DNA from: Deltaproteobacteria bacterium
GTDB lineage: Bacteria; Myxococcota; Kuafuiibacteriia; Kuafuiibacteriales; Kuafuiibacteriaceae
Assembly: GCA_040218735.1 (NCBI GenBank)
Contig: JAVJQW010000048.1
Coordinates: 99,441 to 163,440, forward strand
Direction of reading: 5' to 3'
DNA length: 64,000 nucleotides
The notes beneath the pieces are model-generated. The model searched no databases. It was not told where the DNA came from and saw only the letters and a program-made list of their open reading frames with translations. Shown one piece after another: positions 39,527-48,563 of this stretch (its first letter is position 1; each line of letters begins with the position of its first letter). Position numbers and translations under genes: made by a program.

Positions 39527-40453
39527 TCACGTGTCCCAGGCGCGCAGGAGCGCGTCGACGCAGCGCGCGAGGCCGCCGGTGTCGTAGCCGCCTTCGAGGA
39601 CGGCCGCGATTCGACCGCCGGTCAGCCGCTCCGCGAGCTCTCGCCAGCGCGCGGCGAGCTCGTAGAAGCCGTCCACGCTGACTTCGAGCTGCGCGAGCGG
39701 GTCGGAGGCGAGCGCGTCGAAGCCGGCCGAGATCAGGATCACATCCGGGCTGAAGTCTTCGACGCGACGCAGGATGACCTCTTGGTTGGCTTCGAGGAGC
39801 GTGCGGTCGCCGGTGCCCGCGGGGAGCGGGATGTTGAGGGTGTAGTCCTCGCCGTCGCCTTTGCCGCGCTCGGCCTTCGAGCCGCTCCCTGGATAGAACG
39901 GGAACTGGTGCGTCGACGCGTAGAGGACGTCGGCCGCGTCGTAGAAGATGTCTTGCGTGCCGTTGCCGTGGTGGACGTCCCAGTCGTAGATGGCGACGCG
40001 CTCCGCGAGGCCGCGCTCGATGAGTGTTCGCGCCGCGACGGCGACGTTGTTGACCAGGCAGAAACCCATCGCGCGCTCCGCGACCGCGTGGTGACCGGGC
40101 GGACGGACCAGAGCGATACCGGGCGGCGTCTCCTTCGCCGCGACCTTCGTGCACAGATCGATCGTCGAACCCGCCGCGAGGAGCGCGGTGTCGACGGAGG
40201 CTTCGCATGCGCGTGTGTCGGGATCGAATTGGACCTGTCGTCCGCGCGCGCCCTCCAGTCGTTCGAGGTACTCCGCGTGGTGCACGACGGCGAGCTCGTC
40301 GAAGCTCGCGGCGCGCGGCTCGAGTCGGACGACGTCGTGCTCGCCCGCATCGAGCATCTCGTGGATCGACGCGAGTCGCGCCGGGGACTCCGGGTGGTGT
40401 GCGCCCGGGTCGTGTTCCATGAAGCGATCGTCGCGGACGATGGTGACGGTCAT
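39527..40453 (-). CDS. Histone deacetylase family protein
   Basis: HPESPARL, VRPPGHHA, MGFCLVNN, DWDVHHGNGTQ, SAGFDA, LEGGY. Confidence 0.95.
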   Translation of the reverse strand: MTVTIVRDDRFMEHDPGAHHPESPARLASIHEMLDAGEHDVVRLEPRAASFDELAVVHHAEYLERLEGARGRQVQFDPDTRACEASVDTALLAAGSTIDLCTKVAAKETPPGIALVRPPGHHAVAERAMGFCLVNNVAVAARTLIERGLAERVAIYDWDVHHGNGTQDIFYDAADVLYASTHQFPFYPGSGSKAERGKGDGEDYTLNIPLPAGTGDRTLLEANQEVILRRVEDFSPDVILISAGFDALASDPLAQLEVSVDGFYELAARWRELAERLTGGRIAAVLEGGYDTGGLARCVDALLRAWDT

Positions 40454-41523
40454 GGACCGAAGAATCCGATCTTTTGCAGCTGCTCTTCCAGCGCCTGCGC
40501 GGCGATTTCGTGGCCGACCTGGGTCCAGTGCGCGTGGGCGGGGTCGTAGACTTGCACGCCGGACTTCGACTTGGCGTGCAGGCGATCCGTGAAATCGACG
40601 ACCGGGAGCTCGAGGGACTGCGCGGTGTCGACGACCATCTTGCGGAGGCGGACCGAGTCGTAGGCGCTCTCGTAGTGCATCGAGCCCCACACCAACACGA
40701 CGATCTGTGGCTTCCGCGGCTGCTTCGCGGCGAGCGCCTTCAGGTCGCGCAGGAGGTACTGCGTGACCTTCGTGAGCTCCTCGAACTTCGAGTCCCACAT
40801 GTAATTGCCGGTGTTGGAGAGCTTGATGCGTTTGTAGACGAACTCCGCGGCGTCGACGATCCGCGGACGATGGTCGAGCGGCACCATCGACGGATCGAAC
40901 TTGTCGACGGTGGGGATCGGGACGTTGGTCAGCTCGAGCTCGTCCCCCTTCACGATGAAGCGCGGCTTGATGTACTCGCGCGCGTCGACGCCGGCGCGCA
41001 GGATGTCGTCCTCGTAGATGCCGACGACGATCACGTCCGGATCGAAGTCGCTCTTGTAGCGCTCGTACTCCAGATACATCTGGTCGAGGCCCCAGCTGTT
41101 CGAGGCGCAGATCAACACTTCGACGTCGTCGTGGTTCCGCTCCACGACGCGCCCGTAGACGTCCTCGTCCTTCGCGCCGAGTCCGTGGGTGAACGAGTCG
41201 CCGAGCAGCATGACGCGTTTCTTCCCCTCGACGCGCTCCTTCGGATAGTCGATCGCGCCGCGCATCCCCCACTTGTTGGTGTGCACGCCCTTGAAGTCGA
41301 GGTTGGGCTGCATCCGCCAGGCGAGGACGGGGTCGTGCATGATGTCGCGGCCGCGGTAGTGCAGGTGGCTGGTGTCCTGCAGCGCGAGGTACCACAGCTC
41401 GTTTTCGGCGGGGTCGAGCCACTTCGACTCGTGGAACATCACGCGGAGCGCGACTTCGGTGACGCCGACGCAGAAGGCGACGACGCCGAAGAACAGGATC
41501 CACGTGGCGCGGCGCGCGTTCAT
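40450..41523 (-). CDS. Membrane-anchored SGNH/GDSL hydrolase-like protein
   Basis: N-terminal TM, LLGDSFTHG, C-terminal HAHWTQVGHEIAA; stop overlaps the HDAC start (ATGA). Confidence 0.8.
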   Translation of the reverse strand: MNARRATWILFFGVVAFCVGVTEVALRVMFHESKWLDPAENELWYLALQDTSHLHYRGRDIMHDPVLAWRMQPNLDFKGVHTNKWGMRGAIDYPKERVEGKKRVMLLGDSFTHGLGAKDEDVYGRVVERNHDDVEVLICASNSWGLDQMYLEYERYKSDFDPDVIVVGIYEDDILRAGVDAREYIKPRFIVKGDELELTNVPIPTVDKFDPSMVPLDHRPRIVDAAEFVYKRIKLSNTGNYMWDSKFEELTKVTQYLLRDLKALAAKQPRKPQIVVLVWGSMHYESAYDSVRLRKMVVDTAQSLELPVVDFTDRLHAKSKSGVQVYDPAHAHWTQVGHEIAAQALEEQLQKIGFFGP

Positions 41524-41557
41524 CGCGTGCGTCTTTTCGGTCGAAACCTCGTTGGGT

Positions 41558-43003
41558 TCAAGGACCGAATCCGGGAACGCGAAGAACGTAGAGGTCGGGC
41601 TTTCCGCCGATGTAGACCACGCGGTTTTGGGCCGTGTCGCGCCACGCGGCGGCGCCGCGGAGGTCGGCGTCGTTGGGGAGTCCGAAACCGTTGCGCGGCA
41701 TGACGACGAATACGTCCTGCGCTCGCTTGTAGCGGGCGGCGCCGCGTTGGTTCGCGAACCACACGTCGCCGTTCGGCATGACGGCGGCGTCACGGAAGTG
41801 CCCGTCGAACCCCACATCGAAGTCCGTACCTGCGACGAAGGTGCGAAGCGATGCAGTGGCCGTCGTGGTGTCTCGAATCCAGGCGACGCCGGGATCGCCG
41901 GTGATCCACAGCTCGGCGTCGGCGGCGCGGCGGATCGCCTTCACCTTGTCGTTTTCGTCGGGGAACAGATCGATGCGCGGCGCGGCCGCGTCGAGCGGGA
42001 ACGGCGAGCCGACGACGCCGTCCTCGGGCGCGTTTTCGTCGAGGCCGAACCAGAAGCGCCCCGCGCCGTCGTAGGCGGCGCCGCGGTACTTCGAGCCGGG
42101 TGCCATGACGTCGAAGTCGATCGTGGTGACGATCTGGTTCATCGCGACGTCGAAGAAGTGCACGCTGGGATCACCGCAGAGGAAGAAGTCGTCGGACCCC
42201 GGGACGGGGGCGATGCCGCGCGGTTTTTCGCCGGTGGCGGCGACGGGTGTGCAGTCCGTCCCGTCGAAGATCGTGATGCCGCTGTCGGAGCCGAACGCGA
42301 CGTCGTTGGTCTCGTCGAGCAGCGCGATCGCGTTGGTCTTGGACTGCGGCGCGCACGTGATGTCCTCCGCCTCCATCGCGCCCGGCAGGTAGCGCCGCAC
42401 ACCCTTGCCGGTGGTTCCGATCCAGAGTGTCCCGTCCGCGGGATCCACGGTGAGGGTCTCGACCTCGTCGGGGTTCACCAGCGTGATGACCTCGAAGCCG
42501 ACGACCCGGAACGTCGCGGCGTCGGTGGCGTTGAGCTCGCCGTCGGAGACGTCGACGGACACGGCGTAGTCACCCGGTACGCTCACATGGAGCGTCGGGG
42601 TCGCCTCGGTCGAGGTCGTCGCGGTGCCCGGCCAGTCGCCGAACCCGCCGGTCGCTCCGTTGGGGAGCTCGACGCGCCACATGTACGTGAGCGCGTCGCC
42701 GTCGATGTCGGTGCCCGCGGGGAGGACGATCGAATCGAACGGGAACTGCGTCGCGTCGAGCACCGCGATCTCCGGCGCTTGGTTCCCCGGCGGGTCGCCG
42801 CCGTCGCGGAAGTCGCCGGCGTCGCGGCCCGGCCCTGCGTCGGGCACCGCGCCGCCGTCGCGATCGGGATCGGCGCCGGCGTCGCGTTCCATCCCGGCGT
42901 CGCGGTCGCGGTCGATGTTGCCGTCCGGCCCCCCGCTCGGGAGCGCCGGATCGAACGTGCAGCTCGCGAGGGCGAGGCACAAAACCGCGAGGCTCGGACG
43001 CAC
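41558..43003 (-). CDS. Lipoprotein with Asp/Gly-rich linker, PKD/Ig-like domain and beta-propeller
   Basis: Lipobox ALASC, RDAG repeats, DIDGDALTY.W, Y.VSVDVSDG, and propeller blades GTLWIGT..KGV, GRFWFG, GDVWFA. Confidence 0.75.
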   Translation of the reverse strand: MRPSLAVLCLALASCTFDPALPSGGPDGNIDRDRDAGMERDAGADPDRDGGAVPDAGPGRDAGDFRDGGDPPGNQAPEIAVLDATQFPFDSIVLPAGTDIDGDALTYMWRVELPNGATGGFGDWPGTATTSTEATPTLHVSVPGDYAVSVDVSDGELNATDAATFRVVGFEVITLVNPDEVETLTVDPADGTLWIGTTGKGVRRYLPGAMEAEDITCAPQSKTNAIALLDETNDVAFGSDSGITIFDGTDCTPVAATGEKPRGIAPVPGSDDFFLCGDPSVHFFDVAMNQIVTTIDFDVMAPGSKYRGAAYDGAGRFWFGLDENAPEDGVVGSPFPLDAAAPRIDLFPDENDKVKAIRRAADAELWITGDPGVAWIRDTTTATASLRTFVAGTDFDVGFDGHFRDAAVMPNGDVWFANQRGAARYKRAQDVFVVMPRNGFGLPNDADLRGAAAWRDTAQNRVVYIGGKPDLYVLRVPGFGP

Positions 43004-43024
43004 GCCGTCAGATTAGCGGTTCAC

Positions 43025-44521
43025 TCAGGCGGCGGCCAGGTTGCGCGCGACGTGAATGGCCATGCTCATGACCGTCATCTGCGGATTCACGCCGAGTGAG
43101 GTGGGCATCAGCGACGCGTCCGCGACCCACAGACCCGGTACGTCGTGGGTCTCGCCGGAGGGGCTCACGACGCTGTTCTTGGGGTCGACGCCCATGCGGC
43201 AGGTGCCCATCGGGTGGCTCGCGTAGATGTTCATCTCGCGCTCGCGCACCTTGGGGGTGAGGGGGGCGAGCGCTTCGTTTTCCGTCTTCGCCCAGACTTC
43301 GCCGTCGCCGATGCCCGGGTACACCTCGGTCGCGCCTGCGGCGAAGAGCACGCGGACGATGCCGCGCAGCGCGCGGATGAGGCGGTTTCGGTCCCGCGTG
43401 GAGAGCGCGTACGTGACCTTGGCCTTGCCGTGTCGACCGGGTTGCACGCGCCCGTTCGATTGGTCGCTGACGAGCCCGCCGCACATCGCGATGTTCTTGA
43501 GCATCCGCATCTTCCGCATGCCGTCGACGCCGCTCCAGGGTTGCGTCGTGAAGAAGACCTCGGGGGGCGCGTTGTAGGTCTGGAGCAGCACGCCCTTCTC
43601 CAGCTGGATCGCGTACGCCTGCGGGACGCCGTCCCAGGAGTTGATCGCGTCGTCGACCATTCCGTACGTACCGACCGCCGGGTGGATCGCGAGGTTTCGA
43701 CCGACTTGGTCGGAGCGGTTGGCGAGGTCCTGCGCGAGGAGGAGCAACGGCGTGCCGACGGTGCCCGCCGCGAGCAAGACGGCGTCGGCTTCGACGGTCA
43801 GGCGGCCGACCTCTTCGTGGGTCTCGTTGTCGACGACGCGCGCTTCGACGCCGACCGCGCGCCCGTCCTTCGTGAGGATGCGCGCGACCTTGCAGTCCGC
43901 GCAGACCTCGGCGCCGTGGTCTTCGGCGATCGGGATGAAGTTGCGGTCGACGCTCCCCTTCCCGCCGCTCGGGCAGCCGAGATAGCAGATGCCGCAGCCG
44001 ACGCAGCCGGGCGCGTTGCGGTGCACGAAGCGGCCGTCGAGGCCGAGCGCTTCGGCGCCGCGTTTGATGAAGAGGTTGTTCGCGCGCGCCTGGAGCGGGT
44101 GCATCTCGGTCACGCCGGTGGTGCGTTCGACGTACGCGTAGATCGGCGCGAGGTTCTCGGGGGCGAGGCCTTCGAGGCCGGTGGACGCCCAGGCGTCGAG
44201 CACGGCGTCGGGCGCGCGGTAGCAGATGGCGCTGTTGATCAGCGTGGACCCGCCGACGCCGCGGCCGGCGGGGAGCGGGTAGTAGGCGTCGCCTTCGACG
44301 ATGCGCGTGCCGCGCTCGGCGTAGAGGTGGTTGATCGCCCAGCCGTAGCTCGCGGGGAACTCGTTGGGGCGGTAGCGGTGGCCCTCTTCGAGGATGACGA
44401 CGGAGAGGCCCTTCTTCGCGAGCTCGGCGGCGGACGCGGCGCCGCCGGCGCCGGCGCCGACGATCACGACGTCGGTCTTGATTTTGCGGTGGCCGCGGAG
44501 GGTCTTGGCGTCCTTCGCCAC
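43025..44521 (-). CDS. GMC family oxidoreductase (long-chain alcohol oxidase-like)
   Basis: DVVIVGAGAGG, GRGVGGSTLINS, CVGCGICYLGCP, SHPMGTCRMG, PTSLGVNPQMT. Confidence 0.9.
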   Translation of the reverse strand: MAKDAKTLRGHRKIKTDVVIVGAGAGGAASAAELAKKGLSVVILEEGHRYRPNEFPASYGWAINHLYAERGTRIVEGDAYYPLPAGRGVGGSTLINSAICYRAPDAVLDAWASTGLEGLAPENLAPIYAYVERTTGVTEMHPLQARANNLFIKRGAEALGLDGRFVHRNAPGCVGCGICYLGCPSGGKGSVDRNFIPIAEDHGAEVCADCKVARILTKDGRAVGVEARVVDNETHEEVGRLTVEADAVLLAAGTVGTPLLLLAQDLANRSDQVGRNLAIHPAVGTYGMVDDAINSWDGVPQAYAIQLEKGVLLQTYNAPPEVFFTTQPWSGVDGMRKMRMLKNIAMCGGLVSDQSNGRVQPGRHGKAKVTYALSTRDRNRLIRALRGIVRVLFAAGATEVYPGIGDGEVWAKTENEALAPLTPKVREREMNIYASHPMGTCRMGVDPKNSVVSPSGETHDVPGLWVADASLMPTSLGVNPQMTVMSMAIHVARNLAAA

Positions 44522-44522
44522 G

Positions 44523-45107
44523 TCAGACTCCGACCGCCGACTTGCCGAGGTGCGACAGGTGCGCGGGCGCGCAGCCGAGGTACCAACCCATCGCGGCGCG
44601 GGCTTCGGGTTGTTCGGCGTACATCATGCCGCAGAGGAGTTTGAGCGAACGGAACGCGAGCTTCTTCACGTAGACGCTGGTGAGCTCCCACTCGCGGATG
44701 ACGGCGGCTTGGGTCTCGGCGTCGAGGTTCGTGAAGCGGCCGCCTTGGAAGACGATGGCCTGCTCTTCGATCACGTGCAGAACGCTGCGGGTGAGGAGGC
44801 GGGCGTCGGGATCGGAGTGGGCGAGGTGGTCGTCGATCTTCGGGACGATCGTGTCGACGTCGGCGATGGGCATCCCGTGCGCGCCCGGGAACATCGCGAG
44901 GAGGACGGCGCGGAGGATCTCTTCTTCGCGGGCGGTGAGGACCTGTCGGCCGTTCGCGGGATCGTGTTTGAGGTAGGACGCGAACTTCACGAGCGCGCCC
45001 GCGAAGGTCAGCGCGCCGGACGCGACGGCGGCGCGCACCAGCAGCTGCCGGCGGGTGAGCTTTCGATCTTTTCCGCGTACGTGACGCGTCCCCAACAATG
45101 GCAGCAC
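44523..45107 (-). CDS. Small partner protein of the GMC oxidoreductase (gluconate 2-dehydrogenase subunit 3-like)
   Basis: Twin-arginine-like LTRRQLL plus hydrophobic stretch, RFTNLD...W, Y...MGWY; directly upstream of the GMC gene. Confidence 0.65.
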   Translation of the reverse strand: MLPLLGTRHVRGKDRKLTRRQLLVRAAVASGALTFAGALVKFASYLKHDPANGRQVLTAREEEILRAVLLAMFPGAHGMPIADVDTIVPKIDDHLAHSDPDARLLTRSVLHVIEEQAIVFQGGRFTNLDAETQAAVIREWELTSVYVKKLAFRSLKLLCGMMYAEQPEARAAMGWYLGCAPAHLSHLGKSAVGV

Positions 45108-45148
45108 CGAGCGCCTCCTTTCGGCGTCGGTTGATCCATCGGCACTTT

Positions 45149-45745
45149 TCAGTCGCGTTTGACGAGGCCGCCCATGACCAGGTCGAGGCCGACCCCCATG
45201 AAGCGCTGGATCTCGATCGGGTAGTCGAGGCCCATGAGGCCCTCCATACCGTCGAGGAGCGCTTTGAGGATGGCGGCGACCACCTCGGAGTCGATCGGGC
45301 GCACGACGCCCTCCGCGATCCCTTGGTCGATCATTTGACGCGCTTCGTCGATGTACGCGGCTTGCATCTCGAGGAGCTTCTTCGCGAGCTCTTCGTCCCT
45401 GAGGGCCATCTCACCCATCACGACGAAGAATCGCGGGGCGTCCGGCGCGGACGAGAAGTACTCCAGGTAGTGCGACGCGAGGACCTGCATCTTCTCGGCG
45501 AGCGGCGCCTCTCCGGTGCGCACGCCTTTCAGGAACTCCATCGACCGCCCGTACTCCTCGTCCACCAGGGAGTTGAAGACCTCTTGCTTGGACTTGAAGT
45601 GGAAGTAGACGCCGCCCTTCGACAGGCCCGCGGCGCGGGCGATGTCGTCCATGCGGGTGGGGTGGTAGCCCCCCTCGATGAAGCAACGCCGCGCGGCCGT
45701 CAAAATTTGCTCGCGGCGAGCCTGCTCGGGCATGTGACGCGTCAT
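45149..45745 (-). CDS. TetR/AcrR family transcriptional regulator
   Basis: RREQILTAARRCFIEGGY...MDDIARAAGLSKGGVYFHFKSK. Confidence 0.95.
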   Translation of the reverse strand: MTRHMPEQARREQILTAARRCFIEGGYHPTRMDDIARAAGLSKGGVYFHFKSKQEVFNSLVDEEYGRSMEFLKGVRTGEAPLAEKMQVLASHYLEYFSSAPDAPRFFVVMGEMALRDEELAKKLLEMQAAYIDEARQMIDQGIAEGVVRPIDSEVVAAILKALLDGMEGLMGLDYPIEIQRFMGVGLDLVMGGLVKRD

Positions 45746-45780
45746 CTTCCTCTTCGACCTCCTCGAACGATGAGGGCCGT

Positions 45781-45809
45781 CGGATAACCGACTCGGTAGT
45801 CGTTATCCG
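45781..45809. promoter_or_regulatory. Inverted repeat upstream of tetR, candidate operator
   Basis: CGGATAA-C-CGACT-CGGT-AGTCG-TTATCCG, 35 nt upstream of the TetR start. Confidence 0.5.
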
Positions 45810-45876
45810 CCGAACCCCGTCGGCGCGTCAACCCGACCACGGGTGGAGGGGGAAGTCGAGGCTTTGAGCTGCGCGC

Positions 45877-47172
45877 TCAGGGCGGCCCGAAGGGGTAGAC
45901 CTCCGTTGCGCCGTTGGCCTCGATGACGACCGCGAAGCCGTCGGCGAAGGGGAGGAGCGCGCGGTCGAGACCTTCGAAGCGGGCGAGGGCGCCATCGCAT
46001 GGGCCGAACCCCGGCACGAAGTGGTAGACGGCGACGAAGTCCGCCGCGCCGGTGGTGTACGTCGCGAGGTAGGTGACGCCCCGGTCGGTCTGGGTCGTTC
46101 GATCCACGAAGCCCTCGGGCCCGGTGTCGTGCAGCTCTTCCCCGATCTCGCCGTGCTTGGTGAGCCGGGCGAATCGTCCATTGACCGTGCCGGCGCGTAA
46201 CGCGGCGAGCAGCGTGGCACCTGTGGCGTGCAGCCCGACCACCGCCTGTGGCAAGGTCGCGATCGGGGTCAGCGCGTCACCGTCGAGACGAAACAGCGCG
46301 TCGTCGGCCGCGAGCCAGCGCGTGGCCTGGTGATCGTCCGCGGCGTTCATCCACCGGGCGACCCCGACATCCCCGACGCGGCGCACTTCGGCGCCGTCGA
46401 AGCGGAAGAGGGCGCCCGCGGGCCCGACGAGCACCACGTCGTCCCCGATCCGTCGTGCATGGACGATACGTTCGGTCGGTTCGGAGGCGATCGCGGTGAC
46501 GGCGGGCGCGCCGAGTTCCCAGCGGGCCAGCCCGCGCGCATCGACTTGCGCAAGGAGCTCCCGGCCGCCGGTGGCGACCGGCAAGGCCTCGAGTCCAGCA
46601 GGGAGGGGGTGCTCATGGGGCGCTTGCCCCTCCGCGATCAAGGTCAGTCGGTCCGAATAGATCAGTCCGATCGCTCCGTCGCCGAACGGCACGGCATGGC
46701 GAACGCGACCGGGGGAGAGCTCGATGCGTGGGCGAGTTCGCCATCCACACTGCGCGGCGTCGTTCAGCGGCGCGAGTCGAAACGGCGAGATGGTGTCCGG
46801 GACGTCGGTTTGCGGGAGCCAGCTACCGATCTGTTCGCCATCGAACGATGCGACGAAGATGCTTGCTGCGTCCGGAAGCGGGCGTGCCTTGGCCGACGTG
46901 TTCGACGCGACCCGGCCCGGCGCGAGGGCCAAGGCCTCGAGGCTCGATTCGAACGTCGCGAGGGCGACGGTGCCCACGCGATCGCGCTCGAAGTCGAGCT
47001 GCACGACGCCATGCCGACGGGTCGCGACGTAGGACGCCTGGGCCGCTTGCTCCATCGCGATGAGCCCAGATCCACCTTCGGGGATCGAGGGCAACGCTAG
47101 AAACAGATCGCTTCCACACCCGCCGAGCGCGAGTGCGATCATCGCCGCGGTCGTGTGTCCCGCGTGCTTCAC
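45877..47172 (-). CDS. Hypothetical lipoprotein with a beta-propeller-like C-terminal part
   Basis: Lipobox ALGGC; GTG overlaps the kinase stop (GTGA); repeated LFRFDG/LFRLDG blade motifs. Confidence 0.7.
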   Translation of the reverse strand: MKHAGHTTAAMIALALGGCGSDLFLALPSIPEGGSGLIAMEQAAQASYVATRRHGVVQLDFERDRVGTVALATFESSLEALALAPGRVASNTSAKARPLPDAASIFVASFDGEQIGSWLPQTDVPDTISPFRLAPLNDAAQCGWRTRPRIELSPGRVRHAVPFGDGAIGLIYSDRLTLIAEGQAPHEHPLPAGLEALPVATGGRELLAQVDARGLARWELGAPAVTAIASEPTERIVHARRIGDDVVLVGPAGALFRFDGAEVRRVGDVGVARWMNAADDHQATRWLAADDALFRLDGDALTPIATLPQAVVGLHATGATLLAALRAGTVNGRFARLTKHGEIGEELHDTGPEGFVDRTTQTDRGVTYLATYTTGAADFVAVYHFVPGFGPCDGALARFEGLDRALLPFADGFAVVIEANGATEVYPFGPP

Positions 47173-48389
47173 ACCAACGTCGACAACAACGCGGCGCACA
47201 TGAACGCCGCGACCGCGGTGCACAGGATCGCCGCGCGCGTCGTGACCGACATCCTCGAGAACGCCACGCGGCGCCGCGCGGGGAGGGGCTGGTAGCGCCA
47301 CTCGGTCGCGCCGCGCCTGCCGATCACCGTGGGGCCCACCGCGAGGCCCTCGCGGGTGCGGCGGCGGAAGACGTCGGTGTCGAGGCCGGGGAGGGTGGAG
47401 GCGACGGGGAAGGCGCCTTCGAAGTCGGGGCGGTCGCGGCCGCTGACGAGCGCGTCGATCACCCGGCGCTTCTCGACCATGATCGCGCCGAAGAGCTCCT
47501 TCACCCACGCGCCGACCTCGACGCTCGAGGTCGCCGAGCCCCGCAGGAACTCTTCGAGCGCGCGTTGCAGGTCCAGCGCCGTCGCGTAGCGGCGGTCCGG
47601 GTCGCGCTCCAGCGCGCGCAGCACGATCGCCTCGAGCGCCTTTGGGTAGCCGCGCACCACCTGCGAGGGGGGCGGGATCGGTGCCTCGGTGATCGCTTCG
47701 AGGATGTCGTGCGAACGTTCGAAGTGGAACAGCCGGCGCCCCGTGGTCAGCTCGTACAAGACGACGCCGAGCGAGAACAGATCCGAGCGCCGGTCGAGTG
47801 ACGTCCCCATGCACTGTTCCGGGCTCATGTAGCTGTACTTGCCCTTGAGCATCCCCGCGCCGGTCTTCGACGTCTGCGTGCGCGCCTTCGCGATCCCGAA
47901 GTCGACGATCTTCACGTCGCCCGCGTAGGTGACGAGCACGTTGTGCGGCGACACGTCGCGGTGGACGATGTTGAGCGGCTTGCCGTCGTACCCCGTCTGC
48001 TCGTGCGCGTGGTGCAGCGCCTTGCAGGTGTCGGCGACGATACGCGCCGCGATCGCGACGGGGATCGACTGCTCCAGCTCCGTCGCCCGGTGCGTGATCT
48101 CGACGAGGTCCTCGCCCTCGATCAGCTCCATCGCGATGAAGTACTGATCGTCCATCACGCCGAGGTCGTAGATCTGCACGACGTTCGGGTGGTTCAACCC
48201 CGCCGAAGTGCGCGCCTCGTCGAGGAACATCGAGACAAACGTCGCGTCCCGCGCGAGCGCCGGGAGGAGCCGCTTCACGACGACGAGCCGATCGAAGTCC
48301 GGGAGCGCGTGGTGCCGCGCGAGGAAGATCTCCGCCATCCCGCCGGTGGCGATCTTCTCGATGAGCTCGTATCGGCCGAAGCGCCGCAC
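47169..48389 (-). CDS. Membrane-anchored Ser/Thr protein kinase
   Basis: IATGGMAEIF, VVVKRL, HRDVSPHN, DFGIAK, YMSPEQ, C-terminal TM; GGAGG upstream of GTG 48389. Confidence 0.93.
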   Translation of the reverse strand: MRRFGRYELIEKIATGGMAEIFLARHHALPDFDRLVVVKRLLPALARDATFVSMFLDEARTSAGLNHPNVVQIYDLGVMDDQYFIAMELIEGEDLVEITHRATELEQSIPVAIAARIVADTCKALHHAHEQTGYDGKPLNIVHRDVSPHNVLVTYAGDVKIVDFGIAKARTQTSKTGAGMLKGKYSYMSPEQCMGTSLDRRSDLFSLGVVLYELTTGRRLFHFERSHDILEAITEAPIPPPSQVVRGYPKALEAIVLRALERDPDRRYATALDLQRALEEFLRGSATSSVEVGAWVKELFGAIMVEKRRVIDALVSGRDRPDFEGAFPVASTLPGLDTDVFRRRTREGLAVGPTVIGRRGATEWRYQPLPARRRVAFSRMSVTTRAAILCTAVAAFMCAALLSTLV

Positions 48390-48563
48390 CTGCCCTCCAT
48401 TGAACACGATCCGGGGTGGTGATCGAAAGGGTGCGCACCCGCAACGATCGTCCCTGCGCGGTTCGTCGCGCAGATCACACTCTTGGCGCTCCCGGGGTGC
48501 GGAAGCGCTGCACTGTCGCACCTCGTAGACGGACGCGTCTAAGAGGGGGCCCGCGGTGAGCGG

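Noticed and set aside
36574-39681. Long antisense ORFs (also 22919-25453, 25374-27569, 8039-10144)
   Set aside because: Expected stop-poor shadow frames in high-GC DNA, lying opposite well-supported genes.
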